A stretch of 64,000 bases of DNA from Eledone cirrhosa (taxonomy: Eukaryota), in NCBI GenBank assembly GCA_964016885.1, contig OZ024752.1:44950001-45014000 (forward strand), read 5' to 3'. The position numbers and the translations under genes were made by a program. This document shows positions 1 to 11,370 of this stretch, piece by piece (within the stretch, counting starts at the first letter, position 1; each line of letters begins with the position of its first letter). The notes under the pieces were generated by a model, which was given only the letters and a program-made list of their open reading frames with translations, made no database searches and had not been told where the DNA came from.

Positions 1-210
1 TTCTCTCCCGTTAATACATCTTCAATGAATGTTATCATAGAGATAGAGAATGGTTGTTGTTATGGTTGTTGTACCGAGTTTTAATCTAGACTGGTGTGTA
101 TAACTTGTTATCATAACAGAACAGGTCGAAGACACTTTAGAAACAATGATTATATATATGTGTGTGAGTGTATATATACACACACACACACACACTCTCT
201 CTCTATCTCT

Positions 211-247
<37 letters not shown>

Positions 248-337
248 CGGCCTTTAAACTCACCTAATCAATGAAACAATTGTTAATACTGTAAATAAAA
301 CCCTTTTTGTGCAGCCGACCAACACTTTGTATTGAAA

Positions 338-634
338 ATTTTGAAAGTAGGTTTATAGGTATGCATTTTCATAAGATTCTCGTAGTTGACTCTGTGGCCT
401 AGTGGTAGGTACTGGAGACGGTGGAGATCCTGGTCTTGGGTTCAATCCCGGTCAAGAGGTACATCTAATCTTTTTCAGTTTTTATTTTACAACCAATAGA
501 AAAAAACTGAAACGGTTTACCGGGAACCCTACTCCCGACCAGGGTCACCACCGTCTATGATTCCTCCAACTAGGCCACCGAGACAACTACAAAAGTATAA
601 TGAACATTGATAATTATAAACCTACTTTCAAAAT
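338..634. mobile_element. Palindromic twin tRNA-head element (MITE-like), copy 1
   Basis: Perfect 20-bp inverted repeats ATTTTGAAAGTAGGTTTATA (338-357) / TATAAACCTACTTTCAAAAT (615-634). The left arm has A box GTGGCCTAGTGG and B box GGTTCAATCCC; the right arm has an antisense A box (CCAACTAGGCCAC). A highly similar copy lies at 40715-41030. Confidence 0.8.
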
Positions 635-730
635 CAAAGTTAAAAAGATGTGGAGTCGTTCGTGGTGCGTGTGGCAGCGGTGCTGAGACTGGGGAGACCA
701 CTAATGATGGGAGTACTCACATGCATGGGG

Positions 731-851
731 ACTCTCTCTCTCTCTCTCTCTCCCTCCCTATATATATATATATCGCCCCCCTCTCTCTCTCTCTCTCTCT
801 CTCTTTCTCCCTCCCTATATATATATATATATCGCCCCCTCTCTCTCTCTT

Positions 852-901
<50 letters not shown>

Positions 902-1276
902 CCTCCCTATATATATATATATATCGCCCCCCTCTCTCTCTCTCTCTCTCTCTCTCCCTCCCTATATATATATATATATCGCCCCCCCCCCTCTCTCTCT
1001 CTCTCTCCCTCCCTATATATATATATATATCGCCCCCCCTCTCTCTCTCTCTTTCTCCCTCCCTATATATATATATATATATCGCCCCTCTCTCTCTCTC
1101 TTTCTCTCTCTCTCTTTCTCTCTCTCTCTCGCTATATATATATATATATCGCCCCCCCCTCTCTCTCTCTTCCTCCCTATATATATATCGCCCCCTCTCT
1201 CTCTCTCTCTCCCTCCCTATATATATATATATCGCCCCCCCTCTCTCTCTCTTCCTCCCTATATATATATCGCCCC

Positions 1277-1317
<41 letters not shown>
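731..1317. repeat. Higher-order compound microsatellite [(CT)n CCCTCCC (TA)n TCGCCCCC]n
   Basis: The same three-part unit recurs roughly a dozen times with variable tract lengths. Confidence 0.9.
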
Positions 1318-1327
<10 letters not shown>

Positions 1328-1671
1328 TATTGTGTCGTCTAGTATGAAATTTGTAGAATTTCTTTTTTCTACATATTTCTACCAATTCCAGACTTGACGA
1401 CGCAATATCTCTGCTTTCTTCGACTCGAGGAATTAAAGATTCCGCGTTGATTATTGCCATTCTTATGGCTTCTCAGAATCAATAAAATATCTAAAGTAAC
1501 AATTGTTTCCTTTATTCTTAAGTAAATATATCTTAAATATGTTTTCAAATTCTAAATGTTGGATAATTACTAAAATAAATGTAATTTCCATAATCTCCGA
1601 TTTATAATAGATGAATAACAAAGTGTTATAAGTTATTTTACATTTTTTTTTAGTTTGTATCTTAATATACA

Positions 1672-1782
1672 ATAATTGTTTCTACTATTGGCACAAGGCC
1701 AGCAATTACCCAGTATATTACTGGTACTTTATTTTATCGACCCCGTAAGGATGAAAGGCAAAGTTAACCTCGGCGGGGTTTG
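1672..1782 (-). mobile_element. tRNA-derived SINE family A, 5'-truncated
   Basis: Reverse complement of the core and tail (GGTCGATAAAATAAAGTACCAGT...GGCCTTGTGCC...GTAGAAACAATTA) of the full-length copy at 15417-15603. Confidence 0.9.
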
Positions 1783-1802
1783 TATGTTAATATATAATAA
1801 GG

Positions 1803-1924
1803 GTTTCTTATATAGGCACAAGGCCAGTATTTGGGGGGAGGGGAAAGTCGATTAAATCGACCCCAGTGCGTGACTGGTACTTTATTTTATCGACCCCGTC
1901 CGACCCTCTACCGATACTGCCAAT
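1803..1924 (-). mobile_element. SINE family A variant with internal deletion
   Basis: Tail variant plus core, joined directly to the head (ATCGACCCCGT|CCGACCCTCTACCGATACTGCCAAT). Confidence 0.8.
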
Positions 1925-2085
1925 GTTAGCCTCTCTATATAATAATAATAATGCTTTCTTTATTAACCACAAGGGTTTACATAAAGTAGACATTAAGGAC
2001 AGTACAGGACAATACAGGATTTGGAACCAGAAAAATTCATGATAGACTTTATTGTGTATACTTTATACTATCGTACTTATTAAGC

Positions 2086-2162
<77 letters not shown>

Positions 2163-2171
2163 GTAACTATT

Positions 2172-2290
2172 AATAAAAATGACGATTTGTTAGGTCTTCG
2201 TTACGTATATTGGGTAGTGACGCGTGTTTCGCTATTGATCAGCTCAAGGTTCGATCTGTATCGATCTGACATAAAAAGCTCGTCGTTATG
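2172..2290 (-). mobile_element. TA-associated HHR-family element (family of 39910-40087), degenerate core
   Basis: Reverse complement matches GATCGATACAGATCGAAC.TTGAGCTGATCA.T.GCGAAAC.CGCGTCAC. The core reads ACGACGA instead of CTGACGA. Confidence 0.75.
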
Positions 2291-2359
2291 GTAACTGGAC
2301 GGTTCAATCCCTACATATCAATCTATCTATCTATATAAAGAAATATATCTAGCTAATAA

Positions 2360-2418
<59 letters not shown>

Positions 2419-2498
2419 CGATAACGACAAAATGAAGAGGAACACAAAAAATTAAGTCATTGAGGAGGTCACAGATTGGTTATATATCTATTTATATA

Positions 2499-2559
<61 letters not shown>

Positions 2560-2691
2560 ACAAGCAGAGGTTTCCCAACGCTCAAGCTTAAACCGTTTCA
2601 TTTTGACATCGAAACAGTTTAAGAGGCAGGCATTCTATCGACCTATAGTAAAATTATCTACACTACACTGTGTGTATGTGTGAGTGTGTGT

Positions 2692-2734
<43 letters not shown>

Positions 2735-2934
2735 TGTATGTGAGAGAGAGAGAAAGAGAGAGCGGGAGAGTATTGAGAGAGTTTGCTGTTGAAGAAGGTT
2801 ATAGCAAGATATGGAAGTCGTGATGTAAAAAGGTCAGTTATCATTAAGATATGGAAGGTCATCGCGAAAGAAAAGTTCTTGACATTTTCTCTTCTTGCTG
2901 CAGACATGCCTTCAGCAGACATCACACGCATATA

Positions 2935-2993
<59 letters not shown>

Positions 2994-3060
2994 ATGTATC
3001 CATGTATATCTCTCTATCTCTCTATCTATCTATCTATCTCTCTATCTATCTATCTATCTA

Positions 3061-3142
<82 letters not shown>

Positions 3143-3145
3143 TAC

Positions 3146-3197
<52 letters not shown>

Positions 3198-3306
3198 GTA
3201 TATATATTCATTTTATTAAGGCTAAATAGTAAGTCTTGTTACTCTGGAGTTTCGCCTGTTTATCTCAGGGTCCGGCATTGAGTACACATTTCTCTCAGCC
3301 GGTAAC

Positions 3307-3431
3307 CAGCGTATTACTGGTACTTTATTGGTACTTTATTTTATCGACCCCGTAAGGATGAAAGGCAAAGCTAACCTCGGCGGGATTTGAACTCAGATCA
3401 TAAAGGGCCGTAACTCTATGCTGCAAAACAC
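3307..3431 (-). mobile_element. SINE family A fragment
   Basis: Core plus antisense B box GGGATTTGAAC. Confidence 0.85.
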
Positions 3432-3557
3432 AGTGAGAGATGGGAGAAAGGGGTGGGGGAGCGTGCTGATAGTGAGAGGTGGGAGAAAGGGGATGAGAAA
3501 TCAGAAGACGTGTGTAATCATATAAAGGCATATGATTAAAGAGGAAGAAGAGGAAGG

Positions 3558-3603
<46 letters not shown>

Positions 3604-3738
3604 GAAGAAGAAGGAGTAGAAAAGGAAGAAGGAAGGAGGTTAGTGCTGGGGAAATATAATTATCAAGACTGGAGGCTAAAATATGGTAAGTAAAGCTGTG
3701 TTGTGGCCCAGCTGAGTAAAGAGGTTTCTTGGCTAACA

Positions 3739-3785
<47 letters not shown>

Positions 3786-4053
3786 CAGATATATAGATAC
3801 ACCTGATATATAGAGATCTTGAGAATATGATAGCTTAACTCCGGAGGACAGACAGATATTCTATCAAATATCAACGATATATCATTTTACTGTGTGGAAC
3901 TGTAGTCAAATTACAAGATTCTGACACAGTTTAGGCATAGTTTCCGTCTTTTTCAGATCTGGTTTGTATTAACCCTTTCCCTAATATATTCCTCGTGAAT
4001 ATATTAGTTTCTAAAGTGCCTATAGTTTCTAAAGTGCCTATAGTTTCTAAAGT

Positions 4054-4172
4054 GAAGGCGTGTGGCTGTGTGGTTAGCGAATTGGATTTGCAATCGTGAG
4101 GTTGTGAATTCGATTCCCGGACTAGGCGATGCGTTATGTCCTTAAGCAAGACACTTTATTTCGCGTTGCTCC
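4054..4172 (+). mobile_element. CORE-type tRNA SINE (family B), head and core
   Basis: A box GTGGCTGTGTGG, B box TTCGATTCC, CORE-like GTCCTTAAGCAAGACACTT. Homologous to 5251-5393 and 46308-46597. Confidence 0.8.
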
Positions 4173-4182
4173 TTCAAACTGG

Positions 4183-4254
4183 AGTTGCGACCGATAGATA
4201 GTATTAGCAATTGGAAAGACCAATGGAAACATTGTTTCCTCGGTCCGATTTGAC
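4183..4254 (+). repeat. Unclassified ~70-bp dispersed structured repeat (GCGACCGA module)
   Basis: Other copies at 28925-28992 and 37165-37235, partial copy at 37277-37320. Confidence 0.8.
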
Positions 4255-4477
4255 GAAAAGTCGATCGTTTCCTATAGTTTCTAAATCTTTTGAAAATATT
4301 CAAGTATTTTGAAGGGTTTTAAGAATTTAACTAACTTTCTCAGTACTGAGTAAATGTTTGGAACAAAATTTAAATATTCTTAAATAGAATTATAATGGAA
4401 GTTTTTTTAAAATGTAAATAGAAACAATTTTACCAATTTGTACTATTTCCAATGAGATTTCAAAATAATTCTCTCTT

Positions 4478-4544
<67 letters not shown>

Positions 4545-5089
4545 CAAATAACGAAACGAAATTAAATTTCGTTTCGTTTGTAACTCACTTAATTGTTTAT
4601 ATATATATACCACTGTTTCGTTCTCCTACACCATGATAATACCAGAAAGTTCCAAATTCATTAAAAAAAGAAGACATAGAATTGTTAAAATTGACATTGT
4701 GTAAGATAGAATATAAGAAGGTAAGAATGTAAGATCGTAAGAATGTAAGTACGTCAGAATATAAGATTAAAATGAAACATTTGTTAAAACGTTTTCGACA
4801 GAAACTTTCTTCCTTGACACCATTTTAGGTTAAATGTGTTTTCGTTATAAACCAATTATTGATTCGGTTCGAACTTGAACGAAATGTCTAGAGACCAATT
4901 CCTTTTCTACTGTACCATTGTTGAGATATTGCAATAATAGAGTTTAGTGAACACGAAGAAGGAGACCGCTCCCATTAATTCTTGTTCATTTGCTTCTGAG
5001 TTCGTTGGTTAAATATAATGGTGAAAATACTTACAATAGGAGAACGATGTGCTAATAGCTTGGTAATTTAGGAATCTTACCGTACATTC

Positions 5090-5243
5090 TACCACTTCAA
5101 CCACGTCTCCTTCTCGCTTCCATCGGTCCTTCGCACCTTCTTTTCACAATGGACATAACATCTCTCTATATGGTCATTCCCAACAATGAGGACTTTTAGT
5201 TCTTCAACACTGGCTAAATTATCGAACCAGTCTTCATCCAAGA
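5090..5243 (+). pseudogene. Decayed Penelope-like element reverse transcriptase fragment
   Basis: Manual translation: GPSHLLFTMDITSLYMVIPNNE (ATG at 5149), then after a 1-nt frameshift GLLVLQHWLNYRTSLHP. This resembles the PLE RT motif xFTMDVxSLYTxIPHxEGLxAL. Confidence 0.7.
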
Positions 5244-5250
5244 GGTTTGT

Positions 5251-5393
5251 GAAGGTCCATGGCTTAGTGGTTAGAGCATTGGGCTTGCAATCGAAAGGTT
5301 GTAAGTTCAATTCTCGGACCGGGTGATGCGTTGTTTCTTTGAGCAACAGATTTTATTTCACGTTGCTCCAGTTTACTCAGTTGTAGAAATGAG
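5251..5393 (+). mobile_element. CORE-type tRNA SINE (family B)
   Basis: A box TGGCTTAGTGG, B box GTTCAATTC, core TTTGAGCAACAGATTTTATTTCACGTTGCTCCAGT. Confidence 0.8.
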
Positions 5394-6041
5394 ATGATAG
5401 GGACTGGGGTCCCTATCATTAAATCATCCAAGACACCTCCAACGAGATATACCTTGGAGGAGGCCAGTTAAACCTGCATAGGTGTGAGCTGTAACAACAA
5501 CAACAACAACAGCACTCTACAACTTGTCCTCATTCTAAACTACTTCTATTTCATGAGAAAGATTCCGAACAAGTTACCGAGTGGATATCGGAGTTTCAGA
5601 GTGGCAAGTGAGAAGACTGGCCCATTTAATTACAGGTACAGTCAAATCGATCAGCTTCCAAACAGTTTCTGTCTAATTAGGTTAATTAATAAGACATAGG
5701 ATCCGAGGATATAGTAAATTAGACTTGGCCAAGTTACCATGCCGTGGGTTCGAACCCAGAACGCCATAATTGGAAAGTGAACTTCTTAAGTGATCTGTTC
5801 TGCTGCGTTCACACCATTATTGATGCAGTAGTTGTGACATTGAATCAAGAAACCAGATTACAATGGTTGGTGTTAGTTATACTGCTCTCATACATTTTGT
5901 TTATATATATATATATATATACCTATGTATACCCCTATATATATATACCTATGTATACCCCTATACACAACACACACACAGAAACAAGATGGCGTAGGAC
6001 AGAACAAAGGAGAGGCACAAAAACAAAGAAAAGAATCCCCA

Positions 6042-6084
6042 GTCACTGAAGAGGTCACAGAATGTGTGACGAAAGAACTTTGAC
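6042..6084 (+). ncRNA. Type I minimal hammerhead ribozyme
   Basis: Stem I GTCA/TGAC; CTGAAGA 6046-6052; stem II (G)GTCACA/TGTGAC; GAAA 6071-6074; stem III AGAACT; predicted CUU^ site after 6080. Confidence 0.7.
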
Positions 6085-6234
6085 AATATATAAACAACCA
6101 TCTGGTTGTGGAACCAACCAACCAACCAACCGGAAATTTATAAATTCCTAAATTTATAAATTTATTATAATAAATTGAAGTGAAAGTAACTGGTGCATGT
6201 GTTTCTTATTGGCAACATGACCCTCCCAAAGTAT

Positions 6235-6280
<46 letters not shown>

Positions 6281-6343
6281 GTCCCAAGGCTCTGATACCA
6301 TCAACACTATACACACAGAGCTGGCATATCTAAGAACTGACTA

Positions 6344-6399
6344 ACTGCCTGATGAGGTCATAGCCATTCAATGGCCATCATCGAAATATATATAGCAGT
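6344..6399 (+). ncRNA. Type I minimal hammerhead ribozyme
   Basis: Stem I ACTGC/GCAGT; CTGATGA 6349-6355; stem II 6356-6382 (closing G-C, GCCAT/ATGGC); GAAA 6383-6386; palindromic stem III ATATATAT; predicted AUA^ site after 6394. Confidence 0.85.
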
Positions 6400-6440
6400 A
6401 AATAAAGGATTATGAGTTCATGCAATTGACTTATGTTTCG

Positions 6441-6472
<32 letters not shown>

Positions 6473-6476
6473 AGCT

Positions 6477-6584
6477 AATCCTGCCGAGGTTAGCTTTGCC
6501 TTTCATCCTTACGTGGTCGATAAATAAAGTACCAGTAATACACTGGGGTAATTGCTGGCCTTGTGCCAAAAGTAGAAACAATTA
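6477..6584 (+). mobile_element. SINE family A, 5'-truncated, between TA tracts
   Basis: Core plus tail GTAGAAACAATTA. Confidence 0.9.
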
Positions 6585-6722
6585 TATATATATATATATG
6601 TGTGTGTGTGTATGTGTACATATGTATAAGTGTGGGTGCTGTATGTGGAATATATATATATATATGTGTGTGTGTCTGTATATATGTGTATATATATTTG
6701 TATGTATGTATAAGTGTGGGTG

Positions 6723-6758
<36 letters not shown>

Positions 6759-7231
6759 CTATTATTCCGAAGACCTGTCTGTGTCAAGTTTACTCCAGTT
6801 GTCTTGAGGGATTTCCGAAGTTCATTTTATATGAGTTGACTAATATATGCAAATGTCATTGTCTACCAAAGAATATAGAGTCTCGAATATATGGAAATTA
6901 TATTGTGTTTCATTCGTAGCTTTTTCACCAGAGATATTGATTGCTGGTTTGGTTGGTTGACTTTGTTGTTGTAATAAGTGTGTATGTATGTGTGTGTGTG
7001 TTGTTTGTGTGTGTGTATGTGGGTGCATGTGGGTGTTGTTTACGTGTGTGTGTGTATATATATATGTGTGTGTGCCTGGATATATACATGTGTATGTGTG
7101 TGTCTGTATATATATATATATATATATAATCTGTGTGTGTCTGTATATATATATATGTGTATGTGTGTGTCTGTGTATATATGTGTGTGTATATATATGT
7201 GTGTGTCTGTATATATATATGTGTGTGTCTG

Positions 7232-7262
<31 letters not shown>

Positions 7263-7287
7263 ATATATATATATGTGTGTGTCTGTG

Positions 7288-7320
<33 letters not shown>

Positions 7321-7345
7321 CTGTATATATATATGTGTGTGTCTG

Positions 7346-7382
<37 letters not shown>

Positions 7383-7760
7383 ATGTATATATATGTGTCT
7401 ATATATATATGTGTCTGTGTATGTCATCGTTGTGTGTCTATATATATATATATGTGTGTGTATGTATATATATATATATATGTGTGTGTGTGTCTGTATA
7501 TATATATGTGTGTGTGTATGTATATATATATGTGTCTATATATATATGTGTATGTGTATGTCATCGTTGTGTGTCTATATATATATGTGTGTGTATGTAT
7601 GTATATATATGTATATGTGTATGTCAGCATGTATGTGCGTGTTTTAACTCTGCCACTGTAACAAGCTCAACCGTCTGTAATGGCGACAATATATTTTATC
7701 GGCTGCTTTTGTCTTTTTCCATATTTTGTTTAGTTTAATTTTCTTTAGTGTTTATAAAGT

Positions 7761-8357
7761 GATGGTGGTGGTGTTGGAGGTGGTGGTGGTGGTGTTGGTG
7801 TTGGAGGTGGTGGTGGTGGTGTTGGTGTTGGAGGTGGTGGTGGTGGTGTTGGTGGTGGTGGTAGTGGTGGTGGAGGTGGTGGTGGTGGAGGTGGTGGTGG
7901 TGGTAGTGGTGGTGGTGTTGGAGGTGGTGGTGGTGGTGGTGGTGGTGTTGGTGTTGGAGGTGGTGGTGTTGGTGTTGGAGGTGGTGGTGGTGTTGGTGTT
8001 GGTGGTGGTGGTGGTAGTGGTGGTGGAGGTGGTGGTGGTGGTGGTGGTGTTGGTGTTGGAGGTGGTGGTGGTGGTGTTGGTGGTGGTGGTGGTAGTGGTG
8101 GTGGAGGTGGTGGTGGTGGTGGTGTTGGTGTTGGAGGTGGTGGTGGTGGTGGTTGTGGTGTTGGAGGTGGTGGTGTTGGTGTTGGAGGTGGTGTTGGTGG
8201 TGGAGGTGGTGGTGGAGGAGGTGGTGGTGGTGGTGTTGGAAGTGGTGGTGGTGGTGGTGGTGTTGGTGTTGGAGGTGGTGGTGGTTGTGGTGGTGGAGGT
8301 GGTGTTGGAGGTGGTGGTGGTGGTGGTTGTGGTGGTGGTGGTGTTGGAGGTGGTGAT
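7761..8357. repeat. (GGT)n-derived trinucleotide array
   Basis: GGT/GTT/GAG triplets; source of the poly-V and poly-H ORFs. Confidence 0.95.
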
Positions 8358-8483
8358 GTGAAGGTGGTGGGGGAGGTGTCGGTGATGTCGGTGGTGGAGG
8401 TGTCGGTGGTTGTAATGGTAGGGAATTAGTGTCCTTACCTGAAATACAATGGGCTTGGTAGGTAAACGTAGGATTAGTGTGGT

Positions 8484-8698
8484 AGGTGGTTAAACATAGT
8501 GGGGTATACATAGTGGGGTGGGTGGTTATACATAGTGGGGTGGGTGGTTATACATAGTGGGGTAGGTTCTAAGGTTGGTGGTTATACATAGTGGAGTAGG
8601 TTCTGAGGTAGGTGGTTATACATAGTGGGGTAGGTTCTGAGGTAGGTGGTTATACATAGTGGGGTATTTTCTGTGGTAGGTGGTTATACATAGTGGGG
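8484..8698. repeat. Minisatellite GGTAGGTGGTTATACATAGTGGGG (variable unit length)
   Basis: The motif TATACATAGTGG is repeated about 7 times. Confidence 0.85.
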
Positions 8699-9227
8699 TT
8701 GTGTGGTCGTTAGTTATTTGTTATAAATAGGAGAGTATGGTCGGTGGTTGGTATTAGAGGGGAGAGGTAGGAGATAGTGTGGTAGGTGACTATTAGTGGG
8801 GAGGTAGGTGGAGGTGGAGCTAATGAAATATCTTGTATTTCTTATTTGGTTTTCTTTCTTATTGAACAGAAATTTCGGGACACTTGCTGAAGATATAATA
8901 GAAAGAGATAAGTAATTTAGTAGAAATAAATGTAATTTAGTCTTGTTATTTCGCCCGAAACCACGTTTTTGTAAATATAGAGTGGTTTATATTCCTCTTT
9001 TCTAGCGTGAAGTTAACGAGTGACAAACTTCTTCAACGCAGAAGATTGTTTCTCACTGATTATCTCCCCTGATAAAAGAAGAAAGAAGAAAGAGGGTTTT
9101 AACTCCGAAATATCACGTTAAAACAGACTGTGTGAAACATTTCTTTATTTTGCTTTATTTCTCATTATTTGCCCATTGTATTTTTCTACCGCATTGTACC
9201 GGTCTTTTGAAAAGATGTACACAGACA

Positions 9228-9303
<76 letters not shown>

Positions 9304-9392
9304 GACAGACAGACACACAGACACACAGACACACGCACACACACACACGCACACACGCACACACGCACACACACACAGACACACACACACAC

Positions 9393-9429
<37 letters not shown>

Positions 9430-9488
9430 GACAGACAGACAGACACACACACACACACTCACACGCGCACACACACACACGCACACGC

Positions 9489-9528
<40 letters not shown>

Positions 9529-9587
9529 CTGTACAGATAAAGGGTGGGTAGAAGGGTTGATGATGAGGACGTGTTAGAGCATGAATG

Positions 9588-10305
9588 TTGGTGGTGGTGG
9601 TGGTGCGGCGTTGTTGTTGTTGTTGTTGTTGTTGGTAGTGTTGTTGTTGTTATTGGTGCTGTTGTTGGTGTTGTTGTTGCTGTTGCTGGTGGTGAGGTGG
9701 TGGTGGTGGTGGTGGTGGTAGTAGTGTTGTTGTTATTGGTGCTGTTGTTGGTGTTGTTGTTACTGTTGCTTGTGGTGGGGGCTGCGGCGTTTTTGTTGTT
9801 GGTGGTGGTGATGATGATGATGATGTTGTTGGTGGTGGTGGTGGTGGTGATGGTGTTGTTGGTGGTGGTGGTGGTGATGGTGTTGTTGTTGGTGGTGGTG
9901 ATGATGATGATGATGTTGTTGTTGTTGTTGGTGGTGGTGGTGATGGTGTTGTTGGTGGTGGTGGTGATGATGATGATGGTGTTGTTGTTGTTTTTGGTGG
10001 TGGTGGTGGTGATGGTGTTGTGGTTGTTGTTGTTATTGTTGTTGGTGGTGTTGTTGTTGTTGTGATTGTTGTTGTGGTTGTTGTTGTTATTGTTGTTGTT
10101 GTTGTGTTTGTTGTTGTTGTGTTTGTTGTTGTTATTGTTGTTGGTGTTGTTGTTGTTGTTTGGTTGTTGTTGTTATTGTTGTTGGTGTTGTTGTTGTTGT
10201 TTGGTTGTTGTTGTTATTGTTGGTGGTGTTGTTGTTGTGGTTGTTGTTGTTGTTGTTGGTGGTGGTGGTGTTGTTGTTGTTGTTGTTGTTGGTGGTGGTG
10301 GTGAT
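9588..10305. repeat. (GTT/GGT/GAT)n trinucleotide array
   Basis: Direct inspection. Confidence 0.95.
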
Positions 10306-10384
10306 GTATTCCATGGAAGTCATGTACTGTGAGGAAATTCAATAGAAATTCAATAAAAATTTATGAAAGAGATATTCTCCAGCC

Positions 10385-10660
10385 CCGTGACAGCCATCGA
10401 TATCATAAAAATCGATACTCACGACCCCTTCTCACACGTGACAGACAACGATATCACTAAATGAATATTCTCTCCCGTAACAGCCAATTATATCAATAAT
10501 TCAATATTCCCCTCCCCCCACCGTAACAACCAACGATATCACTTAATCTGTACCCCCTTCCCACGTGACAACGATATCACTTAATCTGCACCCCCTTCCC
10601 ACGTGACAACGATATCACTTAATCTGTACCCCCTTCCCACGTGACAACGATATCACTAAA
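10385..10660. repeat. 38-bp minisatellite CGTGACAACGATATCACTTAATCTGTACCCCCTTCCCA
   Basis: 3-4 near-identical units at ~10522-10660, with degenerate units upstream. Confidence 0.85.
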
Positions 10661-10840
10661 TCTCTATTTTATCGACCCCCCCGCCCCCCTCCACATCAAC
10701 AAAACCTCAGTTTTACACTGAAACCTCAAATGGAGGGCAACTATAAATATTTAATCTGTAGCAGTTGTTGCTAAAAATCAAAATAGAGATATAAGAATCG
10801 CTCTGAACATAACCGGCCCGGCGCCTGGGTATTTGGCCTC

Positions 10841-11370
10841 CCCAGGATATTACTGGTATCTCATTTTATCAACCCTGTAAGGATGAAAAGCAAAGCTAAC
10901 CTCGGCAGGATTTGAAATCAGATCGTAAAGGGACGTAACTCTATGCAATATAACACCTTGTCCGACGCTCTACCGATACTACCAATCCATCGCCGCCATC
11001 ATTCAGTTATATATTAAATGTTTCTACTTTTGGCACAAGGCCAGCAATTACCCCAGTGCATTACTGGTATTTTATTTTATCGACTCCCGTAAGGATGAAA
11101 GGCAAAGTTAACCTCGGCGGGATTTGAACTCAGACCGTAAAGGGACATAACTCTATGCTGCAAAACATGGCGTCTGACGTTCTATACTAATAATTGTTTC
11201 TACTTTTGGCACAAGGCCAGCAATTACCCAGTGTATTACTGGTACTTTATTTTATCGACTCCCGTAAGGATGAAAGGCAAAGTTAACCTCGGCGGGATTT
11301 GAACTCAGACAGTAAAGGTCCGTAACTCTATACTGCAAAGCATGGCGCCCGACCCTAATAATACCAATCC
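10841..11370 (-). mobile_element. Three head-to-tail SINE family A copies
   Basis: Copies at ~10841-10997, 11017-11184 and 11188-11370, each with core, B box and head. Confidence 0.9.

Noticed and set aside
382-460. Functional tRNA gene
   Set aside because: A and B boxes are present but there is no convincing acceptor or anticodon stem; treated as a tRNA-derived head. The same applies to the SINE heads.
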